A DNA stretch of 64,000 nt from Octopus sinensis (Eukaryota), in assembly GCF_006345805.1 (NCBI RefSeq), contig NC_042998.1, forward strand, positions 38,068,001 to 38,132,000, written 5' to 3'. A program made the translations under genes and the position numbers. The notes under the pieces are model-generated. The model was not told the origin of the DNA. It did not search any database and saw only the letters and a list, made by a program, of their open reading frames with translations. The stretch's first letter is position 1, and the number at the start of each line of letters is the position of its first letter. Of this stretch, positions 26,325 to 40,610 are shown one piece after another.

Positions 26325-28074
26325 GTTATGCTACTCAAGGCTGACACGAAATATTTTCGAATTTACACAATTTGTAAGGAAATTTATGAATATCTGCATT
26401 GCATAATTATTGTTCCGTACTGCCTCCCCACCACCGCTGACATGCTGTGCATATTATATGTAAATGATGCGATGAATAGCAATGTGGATTACAAACATGT
26501 TGCCTAATGAGAGTAGGGTTGTCAGCTCTAACGTGGCTTCCACGAATCGTCAAAATTCTAAAACTCTCTTATAACTGAGGGAACGAAATTTGCTCAGGGG
26601 GTACACACCCAGGTTCAAAATTTTTGATAATCAAACTTGATCTTTTTTACAATCTTAATATCAGAACAAACACGTTCGTTTTAGTGATGAAACCTTTCAA
26701 AGGTATACTCAAAGCGTCTTCATGTCCCCTGTATAATTTTAGGATGGGGACTTGCACCGCTTGTACCCGCTCTTTCCGGGCCTATGAAATGTCTTGTTCA
26801 TTCTCTCAAAATTTTATCGCAATGTGGGAATGCAAAATTAGATAGCTTTTTTACGATACTCTATTACATAAGGTTCTGCCTAAGATATTTTGATTGCAGA
26901 AACTTTAGAAGTGATCTTTCGGTTCGTTTCAAATATGAAATTATAGAAAAAGAAAATTACAAACTACGAAATAATACAGGATAATTTGTTTTTAGCTAAA
27001 TGTATCACAAAAACATTTTGTTAGCTGCTCAAATATTTTCAGTGGTATTGATTCTCGCATGAGTGTACCAAAAGTGCAAAACACATTATCCATATTCTTA
27101 GACTGTGTTTGATAGGACTCTTCTATGAGAGAAAATATTATAAGATGTGGAAGTCGGCGTAAATTTCCAAGGACTACTTCTTAGCAAAAGTGATAGAATA
27201 CTTGAAAAATCAATGTTATTCAACCTGGAGTAGACAAATAATGCTTTCGGTATAAATTCTGTTTCCTACGTCTCGTCTTACACAAGTAATTGTTTCAGGG
27301 ATTTGTTCGATTTCAACTTCTGTTCATATTTCCTTCAGAAATGTTCTAATCTATACAAAAAGATGAACAAATAATAACAAGTACATATTTTGATCGATAT
27401 ATTTCATTGTTTAACTACAAACACTGACTTATTTCACTGCTGATTCCAAGATTAGATTACCAATGTGGTTCAAAAGAAATGGAGCACTTTGGATATTTTA
27501 TATTTGTGATGTTTATCATGTCCTTTGGTTTACATTGGGACACCAAAAGCAAGTGAATATAGAAAAAGATTTTGATACCGGCTCTATTCAATGAAAAATA
27601 TATTTATCTTCAACACACTTCAATAAGTATATCTCATTACATATACATACATATGTATACTCACACACATACAACGAGGCACGCACACGAATACCAGGAA
27701 AATTCATATATATATATCTAAGCGCATACATATTTATATTTGTGTGTGTGTGAGATTATATACATGTATATATAAATATATATGTATATATATGTGTGTG
27801 TGTATATTGTATATATATACATATATATACATATATACACACAAACATATATATATATATACATATATATGTTTGTGTGTATGTGTGTGATCTCTAAGTA
27901 TGTATGTATGTGTGTTAGAACATAAATTGAACAGGTTTCTCGCTGGTGATCTTAGACCCTGATTATTGTTGAATATGTAGCAGAAAGGATTAAGCTGATC
28001 AGATTGAACAGATAAAACCACCGAAACACAAAGACATTTCTTTCCATTGATCCAAATTGATACTTTTGCATTCA

Positions 28075-28600
28075 GTGATGTTGAATGTTTTTGATCTTGA
28101 TGACAGCGATGATGATGGCGATGGTGGTGGTGATGGCGGCGATGGTGGTGGTGGCTGTGGTAGCTGTGGTGGTGGTGGGTGGTGGTGGTGGTGGCGGTAA
28201 TGCTACACTGATAGTCGTCATATTAATGATGAGGAGGATGATGATGAAGATGACGACGACGACGACGATGATGATGAGGATGATGATGATGATTGCAAGG
28301 ATAGGGAAGATGATGCGGGTCGTGGCTTTGTAGAAATAGTGTTCGTGGTGATGATGTTGCTACTAAGTATAATGATATGGATCATGATATTATCAGCATC
28401 CTGCTGAGGCCGCTGTTGCTGCTGCTGCTGCTGCTGATGATGATGATGAGGAGGAGGAGGAGGAGGAGGAGGACAACGACGACGACGATGACGATGATGA
28501 TGATGATGATGTGGTTGATGATGATGATGATGATGATGAAGATGATGCTGATTATAATATTGATAATAGTGATTAGAATGATATCGATGATGGAGATGAT
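28075..28600. repeat. Compound trinucleotide tract (GAT/GGT/GAC/GCT/GAG)
   Basis: Directly visible runs of related triplets. Confidence 0.9.
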
Positions 28601-29097
28601 AGCAGTCGATTTAGTGTGCTTTGTTAACCTCTGTTCACATGAAGAAAGTAGTTTGGAATTTCAAAACATATACATGGAAGATAGATGGTTTATAGGAAAG
28701 ATGAGAGAAGTCGGAATAACGAGCAGTGAGTAAGCTGAAAACTAGATTGAATGCAACAATTCTTGATTTAATATAAATGATTGCTGTGGCATAATTCCCC
28801 CACAGTTTAGTAAGGTTAGCATGTATGTGCATATATATATATATATACGTCACAATATATATATATATATACGTCACAATATATATATATATATGGAGCT
28901 CAACATTTATGTTATCTATCGAGCCCCTATCCCATACACACATAGAACTGACACAAAACTCAGATAGATTACGGAAGCTACACATATAAACACATAATAG
29001 AAAATATAGCGATCCTTAACAGAAAACGCAAATGGAATAGTAAAACCTCACCCTACCCCCAGAAGGCAGCAAACACGCGCACAAGGCAAAACACAGA

Positions 29098-29128
<31 letters not shown>

Positions 29129-29153
29129 CCCCGCTGCAAACGCATGCGCAGGT

Positions 29154-29154
<1 letters not shown>

Positions 29155-29249
<95 letters not shown>

Positions 29250-29250
29250 A
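29155..29250. repeat. (GATA)n microsatellite
   Basis: Direct tandem repeats. Confidence 0.95.
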
Positions 29251-29999
29251 TAGACCGATGTACCTAAATACATAGGTACATAAACTATGAATGTATACGT
29301 ATGTTTTTGTATATATGTATATGTTTGTAAGTGTGTGAACGTATTCAGCTTTAGAACACAGATTTCGATGCGTAAAAATAAAACATTCTGTTATAAATAA
29401 AAACAAAAAACTTCTTGTAGCGTATAAGAAATTGCCCAGCAAACCTGCGTTTCGGGATAAGTTTCATTTCGCTGCAACTTTGGCGAATGTCCTCTACGAT
29501 GGATGACGGAAAATAATGTAGAACTTGTATCTACGGATGTGTCTCTGTCTCTCACTTCATATAAACCTGACAAGCACAGGTACAAAGGCGCATGTGTGTG
29601 CGAGTGTGTGTGTGTGGATGTATGAATGAGTGTATGTGTTTGTGTGTGTTGCGTGTATGTTGTGTGTATATTCTTGCTTAAGTTATAGAAAAAGATAAAT
29701 ACGTTAATATGTTATTATTTCAATGTAATGGCTGTAGCAGGAATGAATTTGCAGGAATGTAAAATTGCCTAAAACGAATATTCTGAGCAGAATATTGGGA
29801 AAAGTAGAAGAAAAAAACATCAAAAACTATTTCCAAATTTTCACTTGTTTAACTCCACAGCTTTTTCCATAACTTAAGTTGAAACATCATTAACTATATA
29901 ATTATTCCATAATTAATGAATAATTAACACGTAATGAATTTAGTTGAGTACGATGGATATTCCCTGTGCGTGTGTGCGTGTGCGTCTCTCTGCGTGTGC

Positions 30000-30031
<32 letters not shown>

Positions 30032-30142
30032 GTGTGTGTGTGCGTGTGTCTGTGTGTGTGCATGTATGTATGCGTGTGTGTGTACGTTTTTTTTAAATTT
30101 ATGTTGCAAGATTCCTGATGTGAAGTCGTGTGTTGAAACAGA

Positions 30143-30536
30143 TATTGCATTTCGGGATGGTCTTTTTTTTCTTGTCAAATAAACACACGCACTGTATATT
30201 CATTCTTCACTCGTTTATTACCGTTCTTAATCTACTCGATGTCCATTGTCCGTAAATCATTCGACACACATCTGTGACCTCCTCAGCGACACTTTCAACC
30301 TTCGTGTGTGCTCTTGCTCTGCTTATTCCATCTGTTCCTCTATCAAGAATGGAATAAGCAGAACAAGAGCACACACGCAGATGGAAACTGTCACTGAGGA
30401 GGTCATAGACGCATAACGAAAGATTTACGGACAATGGACACCAGTTAGATTTAGAACGGTAATAAACGAGTGAAGAGCGAATATACAGTACGTGGGTTTA
30501 TTTGGTAAAAAATTACCGTCCCGAAATACAACAATA
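30143..30536. mobile_element. Hairpin (fold-back) MITE, ~190-bp arms with a ~17-nt loop
   Basis: 30143-30331 is an imperfect inverted repeat of 30349-30536. Confidence 0.85.
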
Positions 30537-30589
30537 TATATATACATGCAGGAAGTAAATAGACATATTTAATTTTCAAAATCTTTCAT

Positions 30590-31060
30590 TTGATATTAAT
30601 TGGTTGAAGGTGAGGTTTCCTTCTAGCTGCTCATCCATAATACCCAAGCTTATGCAGATATGTAACACAAGTTTTTTACCTAACTTCTAGCTGTTTTGCA
30701 TTGTCAGAAACCTTCAAGCGGGATTCGTTTTCCACAATTCTCTTCAAACAGCGAAGTTTCCTTTCCGAGGGCCCAGGTCGGCTTTTGAATTGCATTATAA
30801 TTCTATTAACAGCATCAAGAGAAATTTGAAGATTTTCGGCAATTTTTCGCTGGCTAAGACCAGCCTAAGGTTGCCCAACAATACGACGTCTTTGAAAATC
30901 TGATAGTTGTGCTGATTTTTTTTTTTTTTTTGTGCGTGGCATGGTTATTCCTCGCAAATGTTTAATATAATGGCACCTGGAATGAAAAAGAATAATTACA
31001 TTGGAAATTCTACACCGCAGAAAACTATAAGCGGCTAGATCAGAAATTTTGGAATTAAAG
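30590..31060 (-). mobile_element. Tc1-like transposase 5' remnant (HTH region)
   Basis: Minus-strand peptide [58 protein letters not shown]. Confidence 0.7.
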
Positions 31061-31087
31061 GTATCTATTTACTTCCTGCATATCTGG

Positions 31088-31134
<47 letters not shown>

Positions 31135-31455
31135 ATATATATATATATAATATAAATATTTAAGTCATCGTACGCAAGCAAGAAATAATAGCGAATTATG
31201 CTTCTTCAGAACCTGTTTATTACACCATCATTCGTAGTATTCACACTACTATTATAAACAGGTTTTGAGGATGCGTAATTCTCTAGTGTCATGAATCTAT
31301 AGCCTTTATGTTCTACAAAATCCCAAAAGCGAACATAGGATTTACCTTTCGAGTGAAATATCGTGTAATTGTTTACCTTAATCAAGTTTGTGCTCCATGT
31401 CATTCGATGTAGTTTGCCAGCAGATGTCAGTTGTTTCAGAGTGGTAATTAGGCAC

Positions 31456-31527
<72 letters not shown>

Positions 31528-31539
31528 TATTGTGTGTGT

Positions 31540-31935
31540 GTAGCAAACTTTGGTATCGAGAGATATACCGACTCCCGAACGGGACGTCAAAGCACTGTTC
31601 CAAAGGTCCCAGATATCCTATCTAGAGTGAAGAACATGTACTGCAATAGCTTGGGATTCAAAGACTCACAGCTGGTTAATACCTTACCAAAACATCTCAG
31701 CAATTTTCATGGAGTAGACGTAGATCTTCTCACAAAACAATTTGACCCCATGCTATCCAAGGTTCCAGATGAACCTATCTCAAGGCCGGAAACTCAAAAG
31801 GGGGCTGCTGTGTGGAACTCCCATGTGCACCAAAAGACTTTCGCATATGGTTGGCCATTCAAAAACTGATTACGCAGCCGGTGCTCCAGCATGACGAAAG
31901 CCTTAGGGCTGAAACGTATAAAAGAATAAAAGAAT
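31540..31935 (+). mobile_element. CR1-clade LINE 3' fragment
   Basis: Peptide NFGIERY..RTGRQSTVPKVP..SRVKNMYCNSLGFK..QLVNTLPKHL..LSKVPDEP; tail gccggtgctccagcatg...ctgaaacgtataaaagaataaaagaata. Confidence 0.82.
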
Positions 31936-32055
31936 ACATACACACACACATATATATGCATGTATATATATATATATACATATATATTATAATATATGTA
32001 TTATGTATAATGTATATATATATATATGTATGTTATATATAATTACATAGAAAGG

Positions 32056-32115
<60 letters not shown>

Positions 32116-33219
32116 ATTTATATGTATGTATATATATACTATATAATATATATAATATTATATATATATATTATATATATATATAATATATATATATAAA
32201 TTCGGGGTGAGTACTTGATAATTGTAATCGGGGTGAGTACTTGATAATTGATATATATATATATATATTGTATATCTACATATATAGAGGTATAGATCAA
32301 ACAGTTTGTTATAATATATATGTGTGTATGTATGTGTGTACATGTATATGCACATATATCTGCGTGTATGCATCTGTACTTATACGAGTGCGTATGTCTG
32401 CTTAGATGTACATTCCGACATATACACTCGTATAAGTACGAATGCATACTCGGAGGTATATGGGCATATACATGTGCATATGGTGCTATTAAGTTAGACA
32501 TGGCCTGGACCAATCTCTGGTCGAAACATATCTAAGTTTTATCTATGTTTTATATACATATATGTACCCTCATATCTACCATCCCTTCCTACTTCTCCCA
32601 ACCACACGTCTGATTCCTTCTCCACCACGCAGTCGATTTCCTGTTCTCGAATTTTCTATACACCTGAGCGAGGATTGTAGATGAGAATATGTAGACATCA
32701 AGACTGATAATGATCTTTTTTCATTTTATAACCAGGCAGGTGTAATGTAATTTTTAATATATTATTTTGAATGTGGTAATAACAAAACTATCACTCTAGT
32801 CCTTCCTGGTACTAAGTTCGAAGCTCACCGGCCATCTTGAGACAGCTGACTTAATTGACAGCAGCACTATTCTGATAATCAAATGTAACTGGGATATATT
32901 TCAGAATCCATTATGCTAAAAGTTGGAAGGAACTTCCGATCGGACTGAAATATTCGTTACGTCACATCCCACCGTTTCTGTATTTATAGTTAACAAACCA
33001 AGAAATGAGGCTGTACATTGTCGTTTCATCGAAAGGAAACGACAGCCATGTATCTCAAAAATTCCACTATTCTGTCGATAAAAGGACAAACATGATGAAT
33101 GATATGAAATATATTGATAAAATATATCTAATCAGACTCGCCATTACGAATATGTCCTTACTCCGTAACCCGCTTGACCACAGCTAATGACCCAAAGTAA
33201 TTTATCTTGCTGGAATTTC

Positions 33220-33900
33220 ATTAGAATACTGATGGGGTATTTACAGGAAATAAAGCAAAACAGTTAATACCAAATAAAATTCTAGCGTGGAATAGTTTTT
33301 TTGCGTGGTAGTTATATGCAATATTACTCTCTATACGAAATGTATTGCCGACATCTGGGAATTCTGTAGTGAAATGTAACAATTGCACATAAATGCTGAC
33401 AAAGATATCAAGCAAAATAGATTCGAGTCGTTGTGTTGAAATGCTTTTGTATGAAAAAATAATCATCGGTTTCTTACAAACGGGCTATGCTACATGATGT
33501 GAATTCTGTCGATTGCGTTTTTTACCATTCCATCAGTTCTGTCTGGAATTGCTTTTTTGTATATTATTCAAGTTTCTTTTAGCCTGTTTCAATCTGGAGT
33601 TTTAGTAAATATCCTGTTTTGAGGAAAAGAGCATTTCATCTCGTCTAATTTGGTTGTATACATTTCTTCTAAACCCATGTTATATTTAAATATTTTTGTC
33701 GTTCAGATTCATTATGAAAGGGCTTTATTGGTAATTTGTGGGAGGAATCATTCCGGAATCCCTCTTTGTTTTCATATATTTCGGCCTTCCTTTTGGGAAT
33801 TTTGGGGATTGTGAGGTTTTGTTTCTGAATATGAGTGAAATTAAATTTCATTCGTTGCAGATTTGAATTGTTGTTTCATGTTTTGTTTCAATTTTTGTTT
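33220..33900 (-). mobile_element. Possible degenerate Hydra-type PLE linker remnant
   Basis: Minus strand NITWV followed ~290 nt later by CNC and PDVGN...SNIAY, the same order and spacing as in the 54.6-56.6 kb element. Confidence 0.3.
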
Positions 33901-34065
33901 TCGGATTCCATCGCAGAACAATTTCTATTTTTTAGAATAACCGATTCACAGTTTGATTCCTTGTCGCTTGTTGCGTTATTTCCTCGGTTATTACCTTGAT
34001 ATAGTCACATTTTAGTCATTTTTCTAGCTATTAATCAAACTATTTCATCAGCCATTCAGGTTATT

Positions 34066-34828
34066 CGTCAAAATGTCCCATTATTGAAGGAAGCAAGACA
34101 CACGAGCTAAAAGAGCATTCAAAAAACACAAAGCGATCAAAAGCAAAAGACAAACTTGCAAACGTCAAATTACACACTAAAAGTATAACTCGATTGGTCG
34201 TAAAGGGTTCAGCTGCCCTCGTAGCGGAGACTTCAGCGGTCTTGTCGCAAACCCAACCGAGAAGGGAACTTCATGGAAAAAAAGTTTCTTCTCTCTCTCT
34301 GGTGGGATTGCAAAGGAGTAATTCACTTTGATTGTTACCACCTAATGCAATAATCAATGCTCAAGCCTACCGTCAGCAATTAGAGCGTTTGAACCAAGCG
34401 TTGAAGAAAAAAGACCAGCTTTAGTGAATCAAAAAGCAGTGATGTTTCATCAGGACAATGCGCGACCCCACACTGCAAAGATCACATCACAGAAGATCAA
34501 AGAGCTTGGTTGGGAAAAAATTCCTCATCCACCTTTTTCTCCCGACCTTGCTCCTTCAGACTACCATTTGTTTCATAGTTTACAGAATTATTTGGGAGAC
34601 ATAACTTTCGCAAGCCAGGAGGAGGTCGTAACTGACATTTCAGAGTTCTTCGCTTTAAAACCAAAAGAGTTTCACATTGATGGGATTAAAAAGCTTGTAA
34701 ATAGATGAAAGGAAGTCATAGATAATCAGGGAAAGTACATTGATGATTAAATTTCAATTAAATATAACATTTGATCACTTGGTTTTTTTATTCAAAATTC
34801 GGACAGAACTTATGGGATAACCTGATAT
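34066..34828 (+). mobile_element. Internally deleted mariner (DD34D) element
   Basis: Peptides WWDCKGVIHF, FHQDNARPHTA and HPPFSPDLAPSDYHLF; 3' TIR cggacagaacttatgggataacctgata; 5' TIR degenerate. Confidence 0.88.
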
Positions 34829-35412
34829 AAAACCGCTTAAGTTAATGTGCATTTAATTTCTTCAAGATTTTCCAATAACATTTCAATAATATTTCAATAA
34901 ATTCTCTTCGAGGATTTTCAAATTTAAAATTATTAAAGATATAAAAAGAATATATTTTATAAAAAGCACATTAACGAACGCATTGTTGAACATCGAGTCA
35001 GAAGAAGTCAATGGATGTGGAAGAGGAGGATCAACATGAGCTGCGCAGAGGACTTCCTTTGTCTGTCCTCTCTCGTTCGAGCGAAAAACAGATGCGAGGC
35101 TCATACACGTTCATCCAAAAGCAATTTGTAACGTTTGTGCCCGGCTTAACAACACAAACCTTTATTGCTTAGAGAGCTTAAAATTCATATTTGCGTCCTG
35201 ATATCATTCTACAAATTAGACACCTGAGACAATTAGTGTTTAGTGGAGAGTGTTCAGAGCTGTTGTAGTCATTTCCTTCAATATGCAATAGCAAATATTA
35301 CAAGATCAGCTCAGTGGATGTATAGTAATGCTATACGAATAGTAAAATAATCTAGGACGGTTATAAGTGCCTCTCCTAAAACAATGTCTAAGATTTTCTG
35401 GAATGCATCTCG

Positions 35413-35470
<58 letters not shown>

Positions 35471-36335
35471 TACAGATGCATGTGTTTGGAAAAGGGTGAT
35501 ATGTGTGTAGACTTAGTATCGAAAAAATTTTATCTGAGTCGAAAAGCTAATCTAGTCCTAAATATTAATGTGAATTTTTATTCAAATCTTTATTGATGTT
35601 GCTTTGCCTTAAATCTGCTGTAATCAAACAGACCAATGAGGAAAAGCGATTCGTCCAAGCTCATCCATTCTTCCTGTTTATATATATGTTTATATTATAA
35701 AAGGTAATTTTTTCTTTAGAACCTCCGTTCCTGGTTGAAGCATATTCCGTTATTATTTCTTGGAACACGAGCGTTAAGCAGAGCCTCCATCACGAATGCG
35801 CCATGTCTTTCTTTTGAAAACGTTGCTTTGGCTTAGTTATAACAGTAATGGCTGAAACAAATAAAGCATAAAAGAACATGTATAAAACAATAGCATCATA
35901 TTGATACTAACACTGGCTATTGTGGCCTTCACAATAATACAACAGACACAATGCCTATGCTATAAAAATACAATCACAAACATTATATATTATTTTCAAT
36001 GTAATTCAGCATATTTCATTTACCTGCATTTCGAATTCAACTCTCCGTTTTATACCTGTCTGACATCTTTTGTTTCCTTGCCCAAATATGAATTGTAACG
36101 TCATTTTCCTTTTCTATTTACAATGTTTGCTTTAAAGGAAGCGATGCCACCGAGCATAATTACATATGTATTTCATTCTGAATATGATATGCGCACAAGA
36201 TGAAATTCTCATAATCAATATTGAAGAAATAGTTCGTCTCACTGAAGATTCAATTATCGTTTATAATTGCTTGGAAATTAATACAAAGAAACGAAAAACA
36301 TAAACACATACACGCGTGTACATGTACACACACAC

Positions 36336-36382
<47 letters not shown>

Positions 36383-36423
36383 AACATATATATTCATATA
36401 CATATATGTATATGTATATATAT

Positions 36424-36483
<60 letters not shown>

Positions 36484-38671
36484 TCATACATGTATGTATG
36501 TATGTATATGGAATACAATAGAGTTTAGTTAATATGTACATCATCTCCTTGCTATTCAAATATTTACAGATAGTTGCTCGAATAGATTGTATTCCTTTTG
36601 GAAATACACAGTTCTTTATGACGAATTAACTATGTTACCATAAATTAATTTTCCCTCATCTGCAAGATGATGTTTATTAGTTAAATCAGATGTTTATACA
36701 CACACAATAACTGAGTTCTAGTGTAAATGATGCGACTATCGTCCGCACTAATGGACGTTTATAACAATGGAACCTAGACATAGACAACTGCCAAAAAATA
36801 AAGAGAATAAAATATGCATTACATTACCACATTTTTGTTTTAATTTCTCAAAGACATTCTTCATATTTTTTGAGATTGAATAAAGTACTTTACTCAACCT
36901 AAAACAGTTCTCGAATTAACGATTATCTTTGGTCAGTAGAAATAAACCTTTTTAACTTGTTGTATTTGTGGGAACTCAACTTCAAATACTTTTCTTTCAC
37001 CTGCCTCAATATCATTTACCTAACGTTTGAAGTTCTCAATGTTTTATTTCTATAGTTTTGATAGTGAAAATAAAATTATTCTAAAAGAACAAATTTTCAA
37101 GAGGAGGCGTTCCATTGTAATATTTTTCCAACTTGCGGCCACTGATGTTTAGTATTTGGTACTCCTCAATAACCCTCATCATTAGTACCTATAAATGTTT
37201 CTTTTCCCCTTACTTTTTAATCGTTTGACAACGCTCCGATTCTCTTATTAATCTCATTGGAGACTAAGCTTTCAATGCATTCTCTCAACACAGAGACATT
37301 TTTCATTGTTGTCTAGCAAAATGTTTTTCATTTAATTGGATTCTTCTATATAAAAAATGTTTGAAGCTATTAATAGCATCATAAAATTAGAGATGTCTTT
37401 TTTTTTCAAACTATCTAAAAAATATTTAACGTCCTCTTGCATCTCACATTAATATGAAATTAGCGCGACCTCTTACATTTTGCAATCGAATTTTTACAAT
37501 GTAAAAAAAAATATCTATTATTAAAAATTGCAAACAGACTTGAATAAAAAATTTACGATAAAAGCTGATGTTAAAATTTTGAATTCGAAAAGGAAATTAG
37601 AAGTAAAGAATTCGACGGTTCTGTCAGAGGACACCGATTAAATCATTAGAGGAATTACTGTTATGGTAATGATAAATGCAATATTTGAAAGAAACATTTT
37701 TGAAGTGTTCGATATTTTTCATATGATGTGTAGATAATTACTGTGATCGGAAAATGTCTTTATTGATTGACTGAACCTTTTGTGATTATGTAATGAAATC
37801 CAAACCTCGGTGAGTCACAGAGGTTGACTAAGTTTTTTGGAAAATTAATGCTGCAAATATAATCCTTTGGCTAATACACTTAATTTTCAAATAATCTACT
37901 TTAGTAGATTTGTTTTGCATCCAGAGTCTTAATATATAGATCGTTAACATGTAAAGAAAGAGTGGTTGTCCGACACCTTATGAAATCAGTAATGTTCGGT
38001 CGTTAGTGTACCAGTCAAATGTACAATATTTCCACTGACATCACTTCTACAACACGAAGGAAAAGTTTGAGTCTTTGTCGGTGATGTTAACATCGAGTTG
38101 TTCGGTGAACATTTGCCAGTAACTGTCAAAGAACAGAGAGTGGGTGGCGGTTCTCTTTCTGTAATGCTTTTTGCATCTTCCCGAGACGTAACATAATGAT
38201 ATTTAATACAGTATTCTTTGACCTAGATGAAAGTCTGGATGGCAGTGATTACGAATGCACCATTTCAGCGCTGACTGGAACTTCTTTATTGACAATTCTC
38301 GGTACTTTATATTACTTTATAACAACATTAAATAAATATTCATAGTCTAAAGTATCAGACACCGACTATCAAGTAGTACATTATACAATTTTTGTAATAT
38401 ACTTTATGGATAATAGCGTTATATTCATTCATATTCATATACCTCTATGTTAGATACCATAAAGTATATTACATCTGATGATATTAATGTGAATCTTGGT
38501 AGTAATATACAGTTTATTATACAAAGCAGGTTTCATATTTCTTATATAATTGTTTTAGAAATATTTGAAACATTTTATCTTGTTCAACTCCTAAAAGCTA
38601 CTGTATAAATAATTTTGAATTCTTCACATTAAATTGCAATAAATTATAACTTAACTCTTTGCTAATTTCAG

Positions 38672-38715
38672 GAATTTTGGCTTGGAACAGTTTATTGCTT
38701 AACATGTTGAGTTGC
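38672..38715 (+). CDS. Candidate 44-nt exon of host gene (ILAWNSLLLNMLSC in phase 1-0)
   Basis: ctaat branch, tttcag acceptor, TGC|gtaagg donor; only the phase-1 frame is open, matching the end phase of exon 20688-20795. Confidence 0.45.
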
Positions 38716-38933
38716 GTAAGGAACGAGGCAATTGACACGAGATTAGATTATCAGGCTAAATTTCGTATGGAATTTATTATCAATTCTTTTTGATTCTGAA
38801 CACTTGATCAGTTTTAACTGGTGATACTTAAGGAACACTTTAATTAACATGTAATTCAAAGACTTGCTTTGGTTTGGTACTAAACTGCTAGAGAAGGTGG
38901 GAAGAGGAAAAAGGCCAAGAAACGAAGAGATTG

Positions 38934-39304
38934 TTTATTACCTCTGCCTTAGCAAAGGCGGAGGTATTCTTTTCTATCGTGTTTGTTTGCTTGCTTGTTT
39001 GTCCGTGGACAGGATATCTCAAGAACCGCTGGATGGATTCGGATGAAACTTCCAGGGATGTTTGGCCTCGTGACTGGCACGAATTGATTATATTTCGAGA
39101 TCGATTTGGTACCGGACAAGGATTCTGGATTATATCTCCCGGTTTTTTACTTAATTTTTGAGAGCGATTTGGTTTATTGCTAGTAATTTCGTTTGTGAGT
39201 GTTTATTTCAGATATTCTCATTTTAAAAATCTTCTCTGGCAAATCGTTGATAGGACGTTGGTGTTGCCTTGGCGGAGCTTTGCGCTCTCTCAGTGCTCTT
39301 GTTT
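38934..39304 (+). mobile_element. Helentron-associated non-autonomous element (HINE/DINE-1-like)
   Basis: T-rich ends; 5' stem-loop cctctgcc/ggcggagg; (TTGC/TTGT) microsatellite; 3' subTIR ggcggag (39271); 3' palindrome gcgct-ctctc-agtgc. Confidence 0.8.
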
Positions 39305-39559
39305 GATATGCTATTCTATTTTCTAATGCAATGTTATCAAAGGTTTGAGGTTGGCGTAGATTGAATTGCAGATCCATTTACATTTACATTTATACGAATG
39401 ATGTATGTATTGTTCAGCTAGGAAAACTGTTTTTATTCTTCGAGTAGTCACTACGATCTTGAGTGTGTACCACTATCACTTTTGTACACAGCTTCATAGA
39501 ATGAATTTCTTGATCTCCCTTGGCTGCTAATAATTGTTACATATGTTTATCTGGATGCG

Positions 39560-39905
39560 TATGATGCGTGTTGATGTCACAATATGGCAGTATTTATCAA
39601 GTTCACAAATGGAAGGATACACTAACGGCAATATATGTGCTGGCATCTATAGAATTATCTATTTATTGGAACTATATATGCAGCTCATTAGAATGAATGC
39701 TTCGTATATAGACCTCATATTAAACAGTTATACACTTTGGAGTGAATCTAATTTTCCTTTTGAGTTGGAATTACTCATTTGGATAATCTATATTTCCTTG
39801 CTCGAAAAACGCCAAGTTGTAGAAAAATGGGCAGTTCAATAATTTTGGTTATATTATTTAGATTATTGCATCCTTGCATGATATAAATATCTTCATTAGA
39901 TATTA
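39560..39905 (+). mobile_element. Possible degenerate piggyBac-like transposase fragment
   Basis: Scattered motifs KWKD, FGVNL and KWAVQ*FWLYYLDYCILA resemble the piggyBac C-terminal catalytic region; many disablements. Confidence 0.3.
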
Positions 39906-40562
39906 ATTTAAAGAATGGAATCATATCGCAGATATATTTGTACCATTTTATTATTGGACATCAAACAAAACACAGTTTCAATATTTGTGTCTGTCTTGCT
40001 GAATGTGTTAGACAACGTGTGTGTATATGCATGCGTATATATATATATATGTCTGTTTGTGTATCAGTGTGTGTGTCTGTGTGTGTATATGTAAGTAATT
40101 GACTGTTGATAACGCGAATCTATCACAGTCGCTCCAAAAACTTAACACACAATAGACTTGTTAAATGTATATTGACCAAAACATGTCTGAAACGAAGAAA
40201 CAAGATATCGAGTGGCAATATGCGTCTCAGACGCAGTAATGTGGCAGCAACATGACCTCAAGCACAAACAAATGATCCCCGAAATGCCCAGTGCCATTCC
40301 CTGCCAACCTTGTTTTATATCAAATTGACCTTCTCCTAGGGTCATGCTTTATCAAAAGCTAAGGGTTTCATCTCTCCCAGTGCTGTGGTTAGATACCAGT
40401 TGAATCCACACTAGGTTCATACCTCCTTTAAAAACCTTTTGGTTTTACTCCTACTGAGTTTTTAGAAACCCTTCTCACCACACAATCGTAGTGGGGGTGC
40501 CGGTTTAGTTGTTGATGATACAAACATGCAACAAGTTGAACTGGATTCCATGTTTCCAGCAG

Positions 40563-40594
<32 letters not shown>

Positions 40595-40610
40595 CATATA
40601 AATATATTTA

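Noticed and set aside
31885-31925. Hammerhead-like ATGACGA-agcc/ggct-GAAACGTA
   Set aside because: The core lacks CUGA, there is no stem I, and it is a mutated version of the CR1 3' tail stem-loop.
37500-37700. Pogo/Tigger HTH-like remnant
   Set aside because: Too degenerate to support without an alignment.
40280-40420. RTE 5' UTR-like ctaggagaagg segment
   Set aside because: Short motif only, with no linked ORF or ribozyme fold.
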